Shown piece after piece: positions 9,088 through 18,919 of a stretch of 64,000 nucleotides of DNA. The notes under the pieces are model-generated. The model had not been told where the DNA came from. It searched no databases and saw nothing but the letters and a program-made list of their open reading frames with translations. The DNA is from Oscillospiraceae bacterium. GTDB taxonomy: Bacteria > Bacillota > Clostridia > Oscillospirales > Oscillospiraceae. A program made the position numbers and the translations under genes. Every line of letters begins with the position of its first letter. Position 1 is the first letter of the stretch. The stretch is from positions 20,181 through 84,180 of the forward strand of contig JAEDEN010000001.1 in NCBI GenBank assembly GCA_016293265.1, written 5' to 3'.

Positions 9088-10224
9088 TTACAGCGTCTTG
9101 AGGAATGCCTCTATGCGGTCCAGGCCGCGCTTGAGATCCTCGTCGGAATAGCAGTAGGAAAGGCGCATATAGCCTTCAGTGCCGAAGTATACGCCGGGGA
9201 TCAGGCCCACCAGGCCCTCCTGAAGCATCTTGGTGCAGAAGGTCACGGAGTCCATGCCGTACTTTTCGATGTTGATGAACATGTAGAAGGCACCCTCAGG
9301 CTCCTGTACCTCCAGACCCATATCCACCAGGCGCTTGTAGACGTACTCCTTCCGCTTCCGGAACAGCTCCGTCACCGGTTTGGTGTCGCTCTCCAGGGCG
9401 GCCACGCAGGCCCGCTGCACAAAGGAGGGCACGCTGGTCACACAGTTTTGATGGAAGATCTGCAGCCGGTCCCGGATGGGGGCGTCGGCCATGCAGTAGC
9501 CAAGGCGCCAACCGGTCATGGCGTAGGGCTTGGAAAAGCTCTGGACGATGATGATGCGGTCCCGCATATCCTGATACTCGGAGAAACTGTGGTAGTCGCC
9601 GGTGTAGGTCAGGGTGCGGTATACGTCGTCGCAGACCACGAAAATGGGCTTGTCCAGCAGGATGTCATGGATGCCGTCCAAGGTTTCCTTGGTGTAGATG
9701 CAGCCGGTGGGATTGTTGGGAGAGGTGAGGATGATGGCCTTGGTTTTGTCCGTAATGGCGGCCTTCAGTGCCTCCGGGTCGATCTGGAAGCGGTTTTTCT
9801 CCGTGGGCAGCATCACCGGAACGCCCCGGCAGAGCTGAACGATGGACTCGTAAAGGCCAAAGGCGGGGGTGGGGATGATGACCTCATCGCCGGGGTTGAG
9901 AAGGGTGGAGAAGATGACGAACAGGCTCTCTGTGGCGCCCACGGTGGCGATGATCTCTTCGGGGGAGTAGTGGAGGCCGTGCCGCTCCGCCTCGAATTTG
10001 GAGATGGCCTCCAACAGATAGGGATAGCCGTTGCCGGGAGGATAGTGGGTATCGTTGCTATCCAGGGCGGCCTTGGCAGCCTCCTTCACCGCCTCCGGCG
10101 TGTCCAGGTCCGGTTCGCCGATGGTCAGGCCGCAGGCGCCCGGAGTGTCCCGCACCAAGTAAGTGAAGCGGCGGATGCCGGAGGGCTCCACATTTAAAAC
10201 GGCGCTGTTGAGAGTCAGTTCCAT
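9088..10224 (-). CDS. PLP-dependent aminotransferase class I/II
   Basis: TIGEPD, SPNNPTG, DDVY, SFSKPYAMTGWRLGY. Confidence 0.93.
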   Translation of the reverse strand: MELTLNSAVLNVEPSGIRRFTYLVRDTPGACGLTIGEPDLDTPEAVKEAAKAALDSNDTHYPPGNGYPYLLEAISKFEAERHGLHYSPEEIIATVGATESLFVIFSTLLNPGDEVIIPTPAFGLYESIVQLCRGVPVMLPTEKNRFQIDPEALKAAITDKTKAIILTSPNNPTGCIYTKETLDGIHDILLDKPIFVVCDDVYRTLTYTGDYHSFSEYQDMRDRIIIVQSFSKPYAMTGWRLGYCMADAPIRDRLQIFHQNCVTSVPSFVQRACVAALESDTKPVTELFRKRKEYVYKRLVDMGLEVQEPEGAFYMFINIEKYGMDSVTFCTKMLQEGLVGLIPGVYFGTEGYMRLSYCYSDEDLKRGLDRIEAFLKTL

Positions 10225-10314
10225 GGGGGATTCACACTCCTTATTGATTTAAAGCGATATATTGTAACCAGTATATGCCTGAAAAAACGGATTGTCAATG
10301 GGGAATGGGGCGGC

Positions 10315-11001
10315 TTATTCCGGGAGGATCTCCCGCACGGTGAGGGTATCTCCCGCCACAGAGAATTTCACCTCCAGCCCCGCGAAGCCGAAGCCATAGA
10401 CCCGCTCCGGGTCGTTGTGATAGTGGGGGCGGGGATCCTGGGCCAGCACTCCTCTGAGGGCAGCTCTGCGGCCTTCCGGGATCTTTTCCAGAAGCTCCTG
10501 GGGGATCTCCACCTGCAGCATTTCCCCGGCGGGGACGGAGGCAAAGCCGCCCACGGCCTCCGGGTGGCAGTCGGCATAGGGAATGTAAGGCTTGATGTCC
10601 AGGATGGGGGTGCCGTCCATCAGATCCGCTCCCCGGATGCACAGGACGGCCCCGTGTTCCGCGGTTTGCCGGATGCCCTCCAGCCGTACGCAGGACAGGG
10701 CGATAGGATTGGGCCGGAAGGGGGAGCGGGTGGCAAAGACACCCATGCGGGTATTTCCGCCCAGGCGGGGCGGGCGCACTGTAGGGGACCAGGTCTCCCG
10801 CAGGGCCTGGTTAAAGACCCACACCAGCCATACGTGGGAGAAGCCCTCCAGTCCCCGCAGGGCGTCGGCGCTGCGGTATTCCGGCTCAAAGACGATGGTG
10901 GATTCCAGGGCGTCCACCAGGCCGCTTTGCCGGGGCACACCAAACTTGGTGGAAAAATCGCTGTGGATGCGGCCAATGACTTTCATGGAAAATTGCTGCA
11001 T
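10315..11001 (-). CDS. tsaA: tRNA (N6-threonylcarbamoyladenosine37-N6)-methyltransferase TrmO/TsaA
   Basis: KFGVPRQ, GVFATRSPFRPNPI, DGTPILDIKPY, QDPRP. Confidence 0.93.
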   Translation of the reverse strand: MQQFSMKVIGRIHSDFSTKFGVPRQSGLVDALESTIVFEPEYRSADALRGLEGFSHVWLVWVFNQALRETWSPTVRPPRLGGNTRMGVFATRSPFRPNPIALSCVRLEGIRQTAEHGAVLCIRGADLMDGTPILDIKPYIPYADCHPEAVGGFASVPAGEMLQVEIPQELLEKIPEGRRAALRGVLAQDPRPHYHNDPERVYGFGFAGLEVKFSVAGDTLTVREILPE

Positions 11002-11095
11002 GGTATCGCTCCCTTTGTCGTAATAAAATCATTATACAGGATCCAGTGCCGGATTGGAATCAAAAAAACGACCGCCTGTGGGCGGTCGTTTGCGG

Positions 11096-12109
11096 TCAGA
11101 TGCCAAATTGCAGGCGGTACATTTGGGTCAGGGTGAAGAAGTGCCCGCCCTTGATGAGGTTGGCGGCCATCTGGCGGCGGGGATGGAGGCCTTGGGGGGT
11201 GATGGCGGCGATGGCCTGGGCTATTTCCTCCTGCCGGCAAAGCTCCTCCACGGCCCGCTGCTTCTTTCGGACGGGAATGGGATTTTCCCTGCTGTACTCG
11301 TTTTCGACGGCGGCCAGCAGACCCACCCAGTTGTTGTTCTCCTGCCACTGGGGACGCAGCCCTTCCAGGTCATACTGCTTTGCCAGAGCCTCCTTGCGCT
11401 CCATAAAGCGGCGGAAGGTGGCGTAAAAGTCCTTTTGGTAGCCATGGCGGGAGGAGGGATTCAGGAAAAAGCGGTAGAGGACCTGCTCCGTCACAGCGAG
11501 CTTTTTGGCGTTGCAGAAATACTCCATCACAAAGAGCTCATCGGCCCTGTAGTCTCCCTGGAAGCTCAGATGGGAGGAACGGATCACCTTGGCAGAGAAC
11601 AGATAACGCCAGACGCTGCCGTTGAATACCGGAGGCATCAGCCGGTCGCCCAGAAGGGGGGCCACGATCCTCTCCCGGATGGCGGCATCATCGTAAACGC
11701 CCTGCTCCAGCAGCTTTACCTCCGTCTTGGAGCCGTCGGCGGCCAGATTCAGGTGGGCGCAGCCCACGGTATCCGCACCGCTTTGCTGCTGGAGGGACCA
11801 CAGGGTCTCCAGGGCCTGAAATTCATAGCGGTCAGCCACATCCAAAAAGGCGATGAACTCGCCCTTGGCCTCCCGCAGGCCCAGGTTCCGGGCCTCGCCG
11901 GTGCCGCTGGATTTCCGGCGGTGGAACACCCGGATGCGGTCATCCTCCCGGGCGCACTCGTCACAGATCGCCGGGGAAGCGTCGGTGCTGCCGTCGTCCA
12001 CCAGTAGCAGCTCCCAATCCTGGAAGCTCTGCATGCGCACGCTTTCCGCACAGTTTTTCAAATAGGCTTCCCCTTGATGGACGGGAACGATCACAGAGAT
12101 GCTGGGCAT
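11096..12109 (-). CDS. Glycosyltransferase family 2
   Basis: ISVIVPV, LVDDGSTD, ARNLGL..AKGEFIAFLD; start after GAGGAG. Confidence 0.85.
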   Translation of the reverse strand: MPSISVIVPVHQGEAYLKNCAESVRMQSFQDWELLLVDDGSTDASPAICDECAREDDRIRVFHRRKSSGTGEARNLGLREAKGEFIAFLDVADRYEFQALETLWSLQQQSGADTVGCAHLNLAADGSKTEVKLLEQGVYDDAAIRERIVAPLLGDRLMPPVFNGSVWRYLFSAKVIRSSHLSFQGDYRADELFVMEYFCNAKKLAVTEQVLYRFFLNPSSRHGYQKDFYATFRRFMERKEALAKQYDLEGLRPQWQENNNWVGLLAAVENEYSRENPIPVRKKQRAVEELCRQEEIAQAIAAITPQGLHPRRQMAANLIKGGHFFTLTQMYRLQFGI

Positions 12110-12230
12110 GATACCACTCCTCAATCGGTTCGTAATGGAGCTATTTTAGCGCATTTGCCGGGGAAGGTCAAGAACCGTTCCGAAAGAGGAACCGGCCGCC
12201 TGAAAAGGCGGCCGATTCCTGTTTTTCTGC

Positions 12231-12740
12231 TTAGAGAACCAGGGAGGGTGCGCTGTAGACCCGGCCCTTCAGTTCGCTGTTGAGCATATAGAGGCCCTTG
12301 GCGTCGGTGCCGAAGAGCTCCATCTTGGTAATCATATCGGAGGCGTTTTTCTCCTCCTCGCCCTGCTCCTTCACGAACCAGTCCAGAAGCTGCATGGTGC
12401 GGAAATCATGGACCTCGAAGGCGGCGGCATAAATGTCGTTGATGAGGCTGGTGACGTATTTTTCGTGGGCCAGGCCTGCCTTCAGGGGGGCCATGCGGTC
12501 GCCCATTTCCCATTCGGGCTTAGCGATGGCCTCAAAGGTGACCTTCTGACCATTGTTCAGCAGATACTGGTAAAACAGCATCGCGTGGTCCCGCTCCTCC
12601 TGGGCCTGGATGCGGTACCAGTTCTCAAAGCCATCCAGACCCTCTTCGGCGTAGTAGTTGGAAAAATCCAGATAAAGGTAAGCGGAGTAGAGCTCCTTGT
12701 TGATCTGCTCGTTGAGCAGCTTGGCAACTTTGGTATCCAT
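12231..12740 (-). CDS. ftnA: Non-haem ferritin
   Basis: LNEQINKELYSAYLY, QAQEERDHA, WFVKEQGEEE. Confidence 0.93.
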   Translation of the reverse strand: MDTKVAKLLNEQINKELYSAYLYLDFSNYYAEEGLDGFENWYRIQAQEERDHAMLFYQYLLNNGQKVTFEAIAKPEWEMGDRMAPLKAGLAHEKYVTSLINDIYAAAFEVHDFRTMQLLDWFVKEQGEEEKNASDMITKMELFGTDAKGLYMLNSELKGRVYSAPSLVL

Positions 12741-12794
12741 AAATTACATTCCTTTCGTATGATGGGGAAATCAGTGGCCCGGGCCCTCATGGGT

Positions 12795-14285
12795 TCAGCC
12801 CTTGTATTCCACATACAGCTCCCGGACGTCACTGCCGGCGGTCTTGGGGGCCGGATCCGCCTTGGGGGCTGCCTTGGGAGCCGCCTTGGGGGCGGGATCA
12901 GCGGGCAGTTCATGGTTGGGGTCGTCGCGCCACTTCAGGAAGTCGGGCGCCACCTGGGGGAAGAGGGCCAGGGACAAAACGTCCTCGTCGCTCTTGGCAA
13001 GGTCTGCGTATTGGGTGCGGTACTTCTCCAGCTCCGGCTGCAGCAGGTCCGCGGGACGGCAGGTGATGACGTCCTCGGGCTTGATGCCCGCCTTGGCCCG
13101 GATCTCCTCGTTGACGGCGCCGGGCAGGCTGCCGTACTCGCCCTTGAGCATGGCCTTGGACTCCTTGGGGAAGACCTTGTAGCGCTCGCCCAGGATGATG
13201 TTCATTACCGCCTGGGTGCCCACGATCTGGCTGGAGGGGGTGACCAGGGGAGGATAGCCGAAGTCCTTGCGGACCCGGGGGATCTCCGCCAGCACGTCGT
13301 AGTATTTGTCTTCCTTGCCGGCCTGCTTAAGCTGGGAGATGAGGTTGGAGAGCATACCGCCGGGAACCTGGTAGAGCAGCGTGTTGGTGTCCACGTTCAG
13401 CACCTTGGGGTCCAGGCTTCCGGTATCCTTCAGCCGCTGGGCCACCTTGCGGAAGTGGGCGGCGGCCTGGCTCATCTTGCCAAGGTCCAGTCCGGTGTCC
13501 CGGACGGTGCCCTGCAGGGTGGCCACCAGGGACTCGGTGGAAGGCTGGGAGGTGCCGTTGGCCATGGGGGAGAGGGCGGTATCCACGATGTCAACACCCG
13601 CGTAGGCGGCCATCAGGTAGACCATGTCGCCGGTGCCGGTGGTGTTGTGGGTGTGGAGATGGATGGGGACGCTCACCGTTTCCTTCAGGCGCTTGATGAG
13701 GGAATAGGCGTCCATGGGCAGAAGCAGGTTCGCCATGTCCTTGACGCAGATGACGTCGGCGCCCATCTGCTCCAGCTCCTTGGCCAGCTTGACGAAATAC
13801 TCCTCGCTGTGGATGGGGGAGATGGTATAGCTGAGGGTGGCCTCCACCATGCCGCCGTACTTCTTGGTGGACTTGATGGCCTGCTCCAGATTGCGTACAT
13901 CGTTCAACGCATCGAAGATCCGGATAATGTCGATGCCGTTTTCAATGGACTTGCGGCAGAACGCATCCACCACGTCGTCGGCGTAGTGCTTGTAGCCCAG
14001 GATGTTCTGGCCGCGGAAGAGCATTTGCAGCTTGGTGTTGGGCAGGGCTTTGCGCAGCTTGCGCAGGCGCTCCCAGGGGTCTTCCTTCAAAAAGCGCATG
14101 CACGAGTCAAAGGTGGCGCCGCCCCAGCATTCCAGGGACCAGTAGCCGATGGAGTCCAGCACCTCGCAGGCGGGGAGCATATCCTCCACACGCATACGGG
14201 TGGCTGCCTGGGACTGGTGGGCGTCACGGAGGATGGTGTCCGTGATATAAAGTGGTTTCTTAGACAAGAATTCCATGTTTTCCAT
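12795..14285 (-). CDS. Oxaloacetate decarboxylase alpha / pyruvate carboxylase B-type carboxyltransferase without fused biotin domain
   Basis: LRDAHQS, ECWGGATFD, RGQNILGY, HLHTH, QVPGGM, YPPLVTP; Ala/Pro/Lys-rich tail. Confidence 0.9.
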   Translation of the reverse strand: MENMEFLSKKPLYITDTILRDAHQSQAATRMRVEDMLPACEVLDSIGYWSLECWGGATFDSCMRFLKEDPWERLRKLRKALPNTKLQMLFRGQNILGYKHYADDVVDAFCRKSIENGIDIIRIFDALNDVRNLEQAIKSTKKYGGMVEATLSYTISPIHSEEYFVKLAKELEQMGADVICVKDMANLLLPMDAYSLIKRLKETVSVPIHLHTHNTTGTGDMVYLMAAYAGVDIVDTALSPMANGTSQPSTESLVATLQGTVRDTGLDLGKMSQAAAHFRKVAQRLKDTGSLDPKVLNVDTNTLLYQVPGGMLSNLISQLKQAGKEDKYYDVLAEIPRVRKDFGYPPLVTPSSQIVGTQAVMNIILGERYKVFPKESKAMLKGEYGSLPGAVNEEIRAKAGIKPEDVITCRPADLLQPELEKYRTQYADLAKSDEDVLSLALFPQVAPDFLKWRDDPNHELPADPAPKAAPKAAPKADPAPKTAGSDVRELYVEYKG

Positions 14286-14332
14286 TACATTACTCCTTCA
14301 TGCCGGTTTTCGTGGGGGGTGTGGCCGGGAGA

Positions 14333-14701
14333 TTACTGGATGATGCAAAGCTGGGCGTTGGTGTCCACCATGTCGCCCACGTTCACGCTCACGGAGACGA
14401 TGGTGCCGGCTCTGGGGCTGAGGATCTCGTTTTCCATCTTCATGGCTTCCAGGACCATCAGCTGCTGGCCCTCCTGGACTGCGGTGCCGGGCGCCGCGTT
14501 CACGGAGAGGATCTTGCCGGGGAAGGGGGCTACCAGCGCCTCGGCACCGGCGGCAGGCGCGGGCGCGGGGGCCGGTGCGGGTGCGGGAGCCGGTGCGGGC
14601 GCCGGCGCGGGCGCGGGAGCAGCGGCGGGGGCAGCATCGGTCAGGGCTTCCAGTTCGATCATGTAGGCGGTGCCGTTGACGGTGACTTTATATTTTTTCA
14701 T
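14333..14701 (-). CDS. Biotin carboxyl carrier protein
   Basis: EAMKMENEI biotinylation motif; (AP)n linker. Confidence 0.93.
   Translation of the reverse strand: MKKYKVTVNGTAYMIELEALTDAAPAAAPAPAPAPAPAPAPAPAPAPAPAAGAEALVAPFPGKILSVNAAPGTAVQEGQQLMVLEAMKMENEILSPRAGTIVSVSVNVGDMVDTNAQLCIIQ
14545..14640 (-). repeat. In-frame hexamer repeat encoding (Ala-Pro)n linker
   Basis: APAAAPAPAPAPAPAPAPAPAPAPAPAA with synonymous variation. Confidence 0.85.
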
Positions 14702-14731
14702 AGATGTTTCTCCTTCAACAGATTTCTTCTC

Positions 14732-14965
14732 TTACAGTTTTTGAATGGACAGGATGCGGATGCGGGTGATGTCGGTGCCCAGCTCCTCTGCAAGGGCGGC
14801 AGACACGGCGGCCACCACTTCCTGGCTGGGGGTGTCAGCGGCTGCGGGGGCAGCGGGGGCGGCAGGAGCGGCGCTTTGCTCCGGATTGCGGCGCTTCAGC
14901 AGCGCGATGGCTTCCGCCACTGCGATCACAGCGGCAACCGCGAAGCCGATGGTTGAGTAGTCCAT
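14732..14965 (-). CDS. OadG/delta-like small membrane-anchored decarboxylase subunit
   Basis: N-terminal TM, AP-rich linker, EVVAAVSAAL motif, first gene of the carboxyltransferase operon. Confidence 0.75.
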   Translation of the reverse strand: MDYSTIGFAVAAVIAVAEAIALLKRRNPEQSAAPAAPAAPAAADTPSQEVVAAVSAALAEELGTDITRIRILSIQKL

Positions 14966-15175
14966 ATACTCCCTCCCATTTTTTATGATATCGTTATTAT
15001 TATAGCAACCCCCGTCAAAGAATACAATTACGGAATTTTTGCGGGACGCTCAAAGCTCGAAGCTACTTTTTGTGAATTATGACGGTGATTTTAAAGAAAA
15101 ACGATTGCTGACTCTCGCATCATGCCGGGGAATGTGGTATAATCGGGGGCGGAAAGGAATGAAAAGCGAGGAGGA

Positions 15176-15865
15176 ATGAAATCTTTGCGATATCGAAACA
15201 TTGTGGAAGGGTGCTTTCTTGTCCGACCCAACCGCTTCATCGCCCATGTGGACATCGGTGGGCGCAGGGAGGTGGCCCATGTGAAAAACACCGGCCGGTG
15301 CCGGGAGCTGCTGCTCCCCGGCGCCCGGGTCTATCTGGAGGAAAACCGCAGTCCCTCCCGGAAAACGGCCTACGACCTGGTGGCTGTTGAAAAGGGGGAG
15401 CGTCTCATCAACATGGACTCCCAGGCTCCCAACAAGGTCTTTGCGGAGTGGGCGCTGGCGGGAGGATTTTTGCCGGGTGTCACCTCGCTCTGGCCGGAGT
15501 ACTCCTATGGGGACTCCCGGCTGGATTTTGCCGTGGAAACGCCCCGGGGGCTCCATCTGGTGGAGGTCAAGGGTGTGACGCTGGAGGCGGAGGGAGCGGT
15601 GTATTTTCCCGACGCTCCTACGGAGCGGGGCGTGAAGCACCTGCAGGAGCTGCGCCGGGCGGCGGAGGCAGGGATTGACGCGACCATATTCTTTGTGGTA
15701 CAACTGGAAGGAGCGAAAAGCCTCTCTCCCAACGATTCCACCCATCCGGCCTTTGGCCGGGAGCTGCGCCGGGCGGCGGAGGCGGGGGTGAACGTGCGGG
15801 CCTTCGACTGCCTGGTGACGCCGGAGAGCCTTGCCATCCACCGGGAGATCCCTGTTATCCTATGA
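15176..15865 (+). CDS. sfsA: Sugar fermentation stimulation protein SfsA (DNA/RNA nuclease family)
   Basis: RPNRF, HVKNTGRCRELL, VEVKGVTL, FPDAPTERGVKHL. Confidence 0.93.
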   Translation: MKSLRYRNIVEGCFLVRPNRFIAHVDIGGRREVAHVKNTGRCRELLLPGARVYLEENRSPSRKTAYDLVAVEKGERLINMDSQAPNKVFAEWALAGGFLPGVTSLWPEYSYGDSRLDFAVETPRGLHLVEVKGVTLEAEGAVYFPDAPTERGVKHLQELRRAAEAGIDATIFFVVQLEGAKSLSPNDSTHPAFGRELRRAAEAGVNVRAFDCLVTPESLAIHREIPVIL

Positions 15866-15887
15866 TTATCGAGAATGGAAGTCACGT

Positions 15888-16460
15888 ATGAGCATTGTGG
15901 AACTGTTCCTGATCGGCATCGGCCTGTCCATGGACGCCTTTGCGGTGGCTGTTTGCCAGGGCCTTGGTATGCGGCGGCTGGATCTGCGCCGGGCCGGGGT
16001 TATCGCCCTCTTTTTCGGCGGTTTTCAGGCGCTGATGCCTCTTGCGGGCTGGGTTCTGGGATCTGCCTTTTCCGCCTACATCCAGCGCTTTGACCATTGG
16101 GTGGCCTTTGTCCTGCTGTGCTTCATCGGCGCCAATATGGTGCGGGAGGCCCTTTCCGGAGAAGAGGAAGAGGAGTGCTGCTGCGGTGAGACATTGGATT
16201 ATAAGCGGCTGTTTCTCATGGCCGTGGCCACCAGCATCGACGCGCTGGCGGTGGGTGTCACCTTCGCTTTTTTGGACGTCATCATCCTCCCCGCCATCGC
16301 CATCATCGGTTGTACCACCTTCGTCCTCTCCCTTGGGGGCGTGGCCGTGGGCAACTACTTCGGCGCGCGGTATAAGCGCCGGGCCGAGCTGACCGGCGGC
16401 GTCATATTGATTCTTCTGGGTGTGAAGATCCTGCTGGAACACCTGGGGATCCTGGGATAA
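15888..16460 (+). CDS. mntP: Manganese efflux pump MntP
   Basis: GLSMDAFAV and ATSIDALAVG repeats, six TM helices. Confidence 0.9.
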   Translation: MSIVELFLIGIGLSMDAFAVAVCQGLGMRRLDLRRAGVIALFFGGFQALMPLAGWVLGSAFSAYIQRFDHWVAFVLLCFIGANMVREALSGEEEEECCCGETLDYKRLFLMAVATSIDALAVGVTFAFLDVIILPAIAIIGCTTFVLSLGGVAVGNYFGARYKRRAELTGGVILILLGVKILLEHLGILG

Positions 16461-16526
16461 GGACTTCCCGAGGGAAGGATATGGAACCGGCCGGCGTGCC
16501 GGCCTGACAGGAAAGGAGCATCCGGT

Positions 16527-17444
16527 ATGAAACGACAGGACTTCCAGACTGTTCTGGACCGTCTCCGCTCCGGAGAAACGGCGGAGCTCACCGTGGAAGC
16601 GGAGGGCACTTCCTACCTCCGCGCCTTCCGGCCCGGAGAACGGCTGCTGCTCCTTGGCGGCGGCCATATCGCCCAGCCCCTGTGCGGCCTTGCGGCAAAG
16701 CTGGGCTTTTCCGTATTTGTGGCGGATGACCGGCCGGAATTTTCCTCCGCCAGCCGTTTCCCTGAGGCGAAGGGGACCTTCTGTGCGGATTTCCCCACCG
16801 CCATCCATACCTTCGGCGTCCGGGAGAGGGACTATGTGGCCGTTATCACCCGGGGACACCGCTGCGATGCGCAGTGCCTGCGGACCCTCCTGCCCGGCAC
16901 GATGCCGAAGTATCTGGGTATGATCGGCTCCCGGCGGCGCACCGCCGCCCTGCTGGCCCTTTTGAAGGACGAGGGCTTCGACCCCGCCCGCCTTGCAGCC
17001 ATCCGCACCCCCATCGGCCTTCCCATCGGGGCGCTGACCCCCCAGGAGATCGCTGTTTCCATCGCGGCGGAGCTGATCTTCGTCCGCCGCGCCGGCGCGC
17101 CCCGCTACGGAGAGGGGCAGCGCCTGGTGAATGAGGATGTGGATCTTAAGACCTTGACATATCTTGCGGAGGACAGCTCTCCCAAAGCGCTGGCCCTGGT
17201 GCTGGAGACCAGCGGTTCCACACCCGCCAAGTCCGGGAGCCTCATGGCGGTGGATGCCGCCCTGCGCATCACGGGAACCATTGGCGGAGGCTGCGGCGAA
17301 AATGCCGCCGCCCAGGCGGCCTTCCGCCTGATCGGGACGGGGGAGAGCCGGCTCCTCACCGTCCGCATGGACCACGATGTGGCCGCCGACGAGGGCATGG
17401 TCTGCGGCGGCAATATGCTGGTTTTTCTCAGCGATATCACATAA
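16527..17444 (+). CDS. XdhC/CoxI-family molybdoenzyme accessory protein
   Basis: GGGHIA, TRGH, YLGMIGS, PIGL.IGA.TP.EIAVSI, followed by GSTP, GTIGGGC, GMVCGG. Confidence 0.85.
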   Translation: MKRQDFQTVLDRLRSGETAELTVEAEGTSYLRAFRPGERLLLLGGGHIAQPLCGLAAKLGFSVFVADDRPEFSSASRFPEAKGTFCADFPTAIHTFGVRERDYVAVITRGHRCDAQCLRTLLPGTMPKYLGMIGSRRRTAALLALLKDEGFDPARLAAIRTPIGLPIGALTPQEIAVSIAAELIFVRRAGAPRYGEGQRLVNEDVDLKTLTYLAEDSSPKALALVLETSGSTPAKSGSLMAVDAALRITGTIGGGCGENAAAQAAFRLIGTGESRLLTVRMDHDVAADEGMVCGGNMLVFLSDIT

Positions 17445-17453
17445 GGAGACACT

Positions 17454-18308
17454 ATGGCAAAGGAATTAGAGGCGTACCAGATCGCCGAGCGCAGCATCAT
17501 TAAAAAATACCGCCGGGAGCTGTGGAAGCCCTTCATCGCCGCGGTGAAGCGCTACGGGCTTATCAACCCCGGCGACAAGATTGCCGTGTGCATCTCCGGA
17601 GGCAAGGACTCCATGCTTATGGCAAAGCTTCTGCAGGAGCTGCAGCGTCACACGGAATCCCCCTTTGAACTGGTGTTTTTGGTGATGGACCCCGGCTATA
17701 ATGAGATGAACCGCCGCAAGATCGAGGAAAACGCGGCCCTGCTCCACATCCCCGTCACCATTTTTGATTCGGATATCTTTGATGTGGCCAACTCCGTGGA
17801 GCAAAACCCCTGCTACCTCTGCGCCCGGATGCGCCGGGGCTTCCTCTACGCAAAGGCCCGGGAGCTGGGCTGCAATAAGATCGCCCTGGGCCACCACATG
17901 AGCGACGTCATCGAGACCACCGTCATGGCCATGTTCTACGGCGCCCAGATCCAGGCCATGCCCCCCAAGATCCACAGCAAGAATTTCCCCGGAATGGAGC
18001 TTATCCGCCCCATGTACTGCATCCATGAGGACCACGTCATCGCCTGGTGCCGTTACAATCACCTGGACTTTATCCGCTGTGCCTGCCGCTTCACGGAGCA
18101 GTGCGCGGAAAACGACAGCAAGAGCGGAAGGTCCAAGCGCCAGGAGATCAAGGAGCTGATCCGGGAGCTGAAAAAGAACAACCCTACCATCGAAAAAAGC
18201 ATTTTTGCCAGCATACACGATGTGCAGCTGGATACCATGGTGGGCTATAAATACCGCGGAAGGGAGCACCCCTTCACGGAGATGTACGAAAGGAAGGATG
18301 AACCATGA
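17454..18308 (+). CDS. TtcA-family tRNA 2-thiocytidine biosynthesis protein
   Basis: PP-loop SGGKDS, CYLCARMRRG, LGHH, LIRP. Confidence 0.85.
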   Translation: MAKELEAYQIAERSIIKKYRRELWKPFIAAVKRYGLINPGDKIAVCISGGKDSMLMAKLLQELQRHTESPFELVFLVMDPGYNEMNRRKIEENAALLHIPVTIFDSDIFDVANSVEQNPCYLCARMRRGFLYAKARELGCNKIALGHHMSDVIETTVMAMFYGAQIQAMPPKIHSKNFPGMELIRPMYCIHEDHVIAWCRYNHLDFIRCACRFTEQCAENDSKSGRSKRQEIKELIRELKKNNPTIEKSIFASIHDVQLDTMVGYKYRGREHPFTEMYERKDEP

Positions 18309-18862
18309 TCCCCACACCTCAGGAAGCCTATGAGCTTTTGAAAGAGTACAATGAAGGCGATTTCCATTTGAAGCACGGCCGCATCGTGGGCGATGTGATG
18401 CGCTGGTACGCCGTGGAGCTGGGCTACGGTGACGAGGCCGATTTCTGGCAGACCGTCGGTATCCTCCACGACCTGGATTTTGAGCGCTGGCCCGAGGAGC
18501 ATTGCACCAAGGGCATCGAGCTGATGCGGGAGCGGAACATCGACGAGCGGATCGTCCGCGCCTGCGCCAGCCACGGCTACGGCCTCCGCGTGGACATCCA
18601 GCCGGAGCACCAGATGGAAAAGGTGCTCTATGCCACGGACGAACTGACCGGCCTCATCGGCGCGGCGGCGGTGATGCGCCCCTCCAAGAGCGTCAGTGAC
18701 CTGGAGGTCAAGTCCGTGAAGAAGAAGTTCAAGGACAAGAAGTTCGCCGCCGGCTGCTCCCGGGACGTCATCCTCAACGGCGCGGAGATGCTGGGGTGGG
18801 ATCTGGATACCCTGCTGGATAAAACCATCCTTGCCATGCGGGCAAGCGACAACGTGGATTGA
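18305..18862 (+). CDS. HD-domain hydrolase
   Basis: LKH...GILHDLD...SHG...DELTG, KKFKDKKFAAG. Confidence 0.85.
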   Translation: MIPTPQEAYELLKEYNEGDFHLKHGRIVGDVMRWYAVELGYGDEADFWQTVGILHDLDFERWPEEHCTKGIELMRERNIDERIVRACASHGYGLRVDIQPEHQMEKVLYATDELTGLIGAAAVMRPSKSVSDLEVKSVKKKFKDKKFAAGCSRDVILNGAEMLGWDLDTLLDKTILAMRASDNVD

Positions 18863-18875
18863 GAACATATATTCC

Positions 18876-18915
18876 AAAGCCAGCGATACCCGTCCTCCGG
18901 GTATCGCTGGCTTTT
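18876..18915 (+). terminator. Intrinsic terminator after HD gene
   Basis: AAAGCCAGCGATACCCG / CGGGTATCGCTGGCTTTT. Confidence 0.85.
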
Positions 18916-18919
18916 CTGA

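Noticed and set aside
14545..14640. Hexamer repeat as a phase-variable or mobile repeat
   Set aside because: In-frame, synonymous-variable (Ala-Pro)n linker typical of biotin carriers
15866..15887. yybP-ykoY manganese riboswitch before mntP
   Set aside because: Only ~22 nt separate sfsA and mntP
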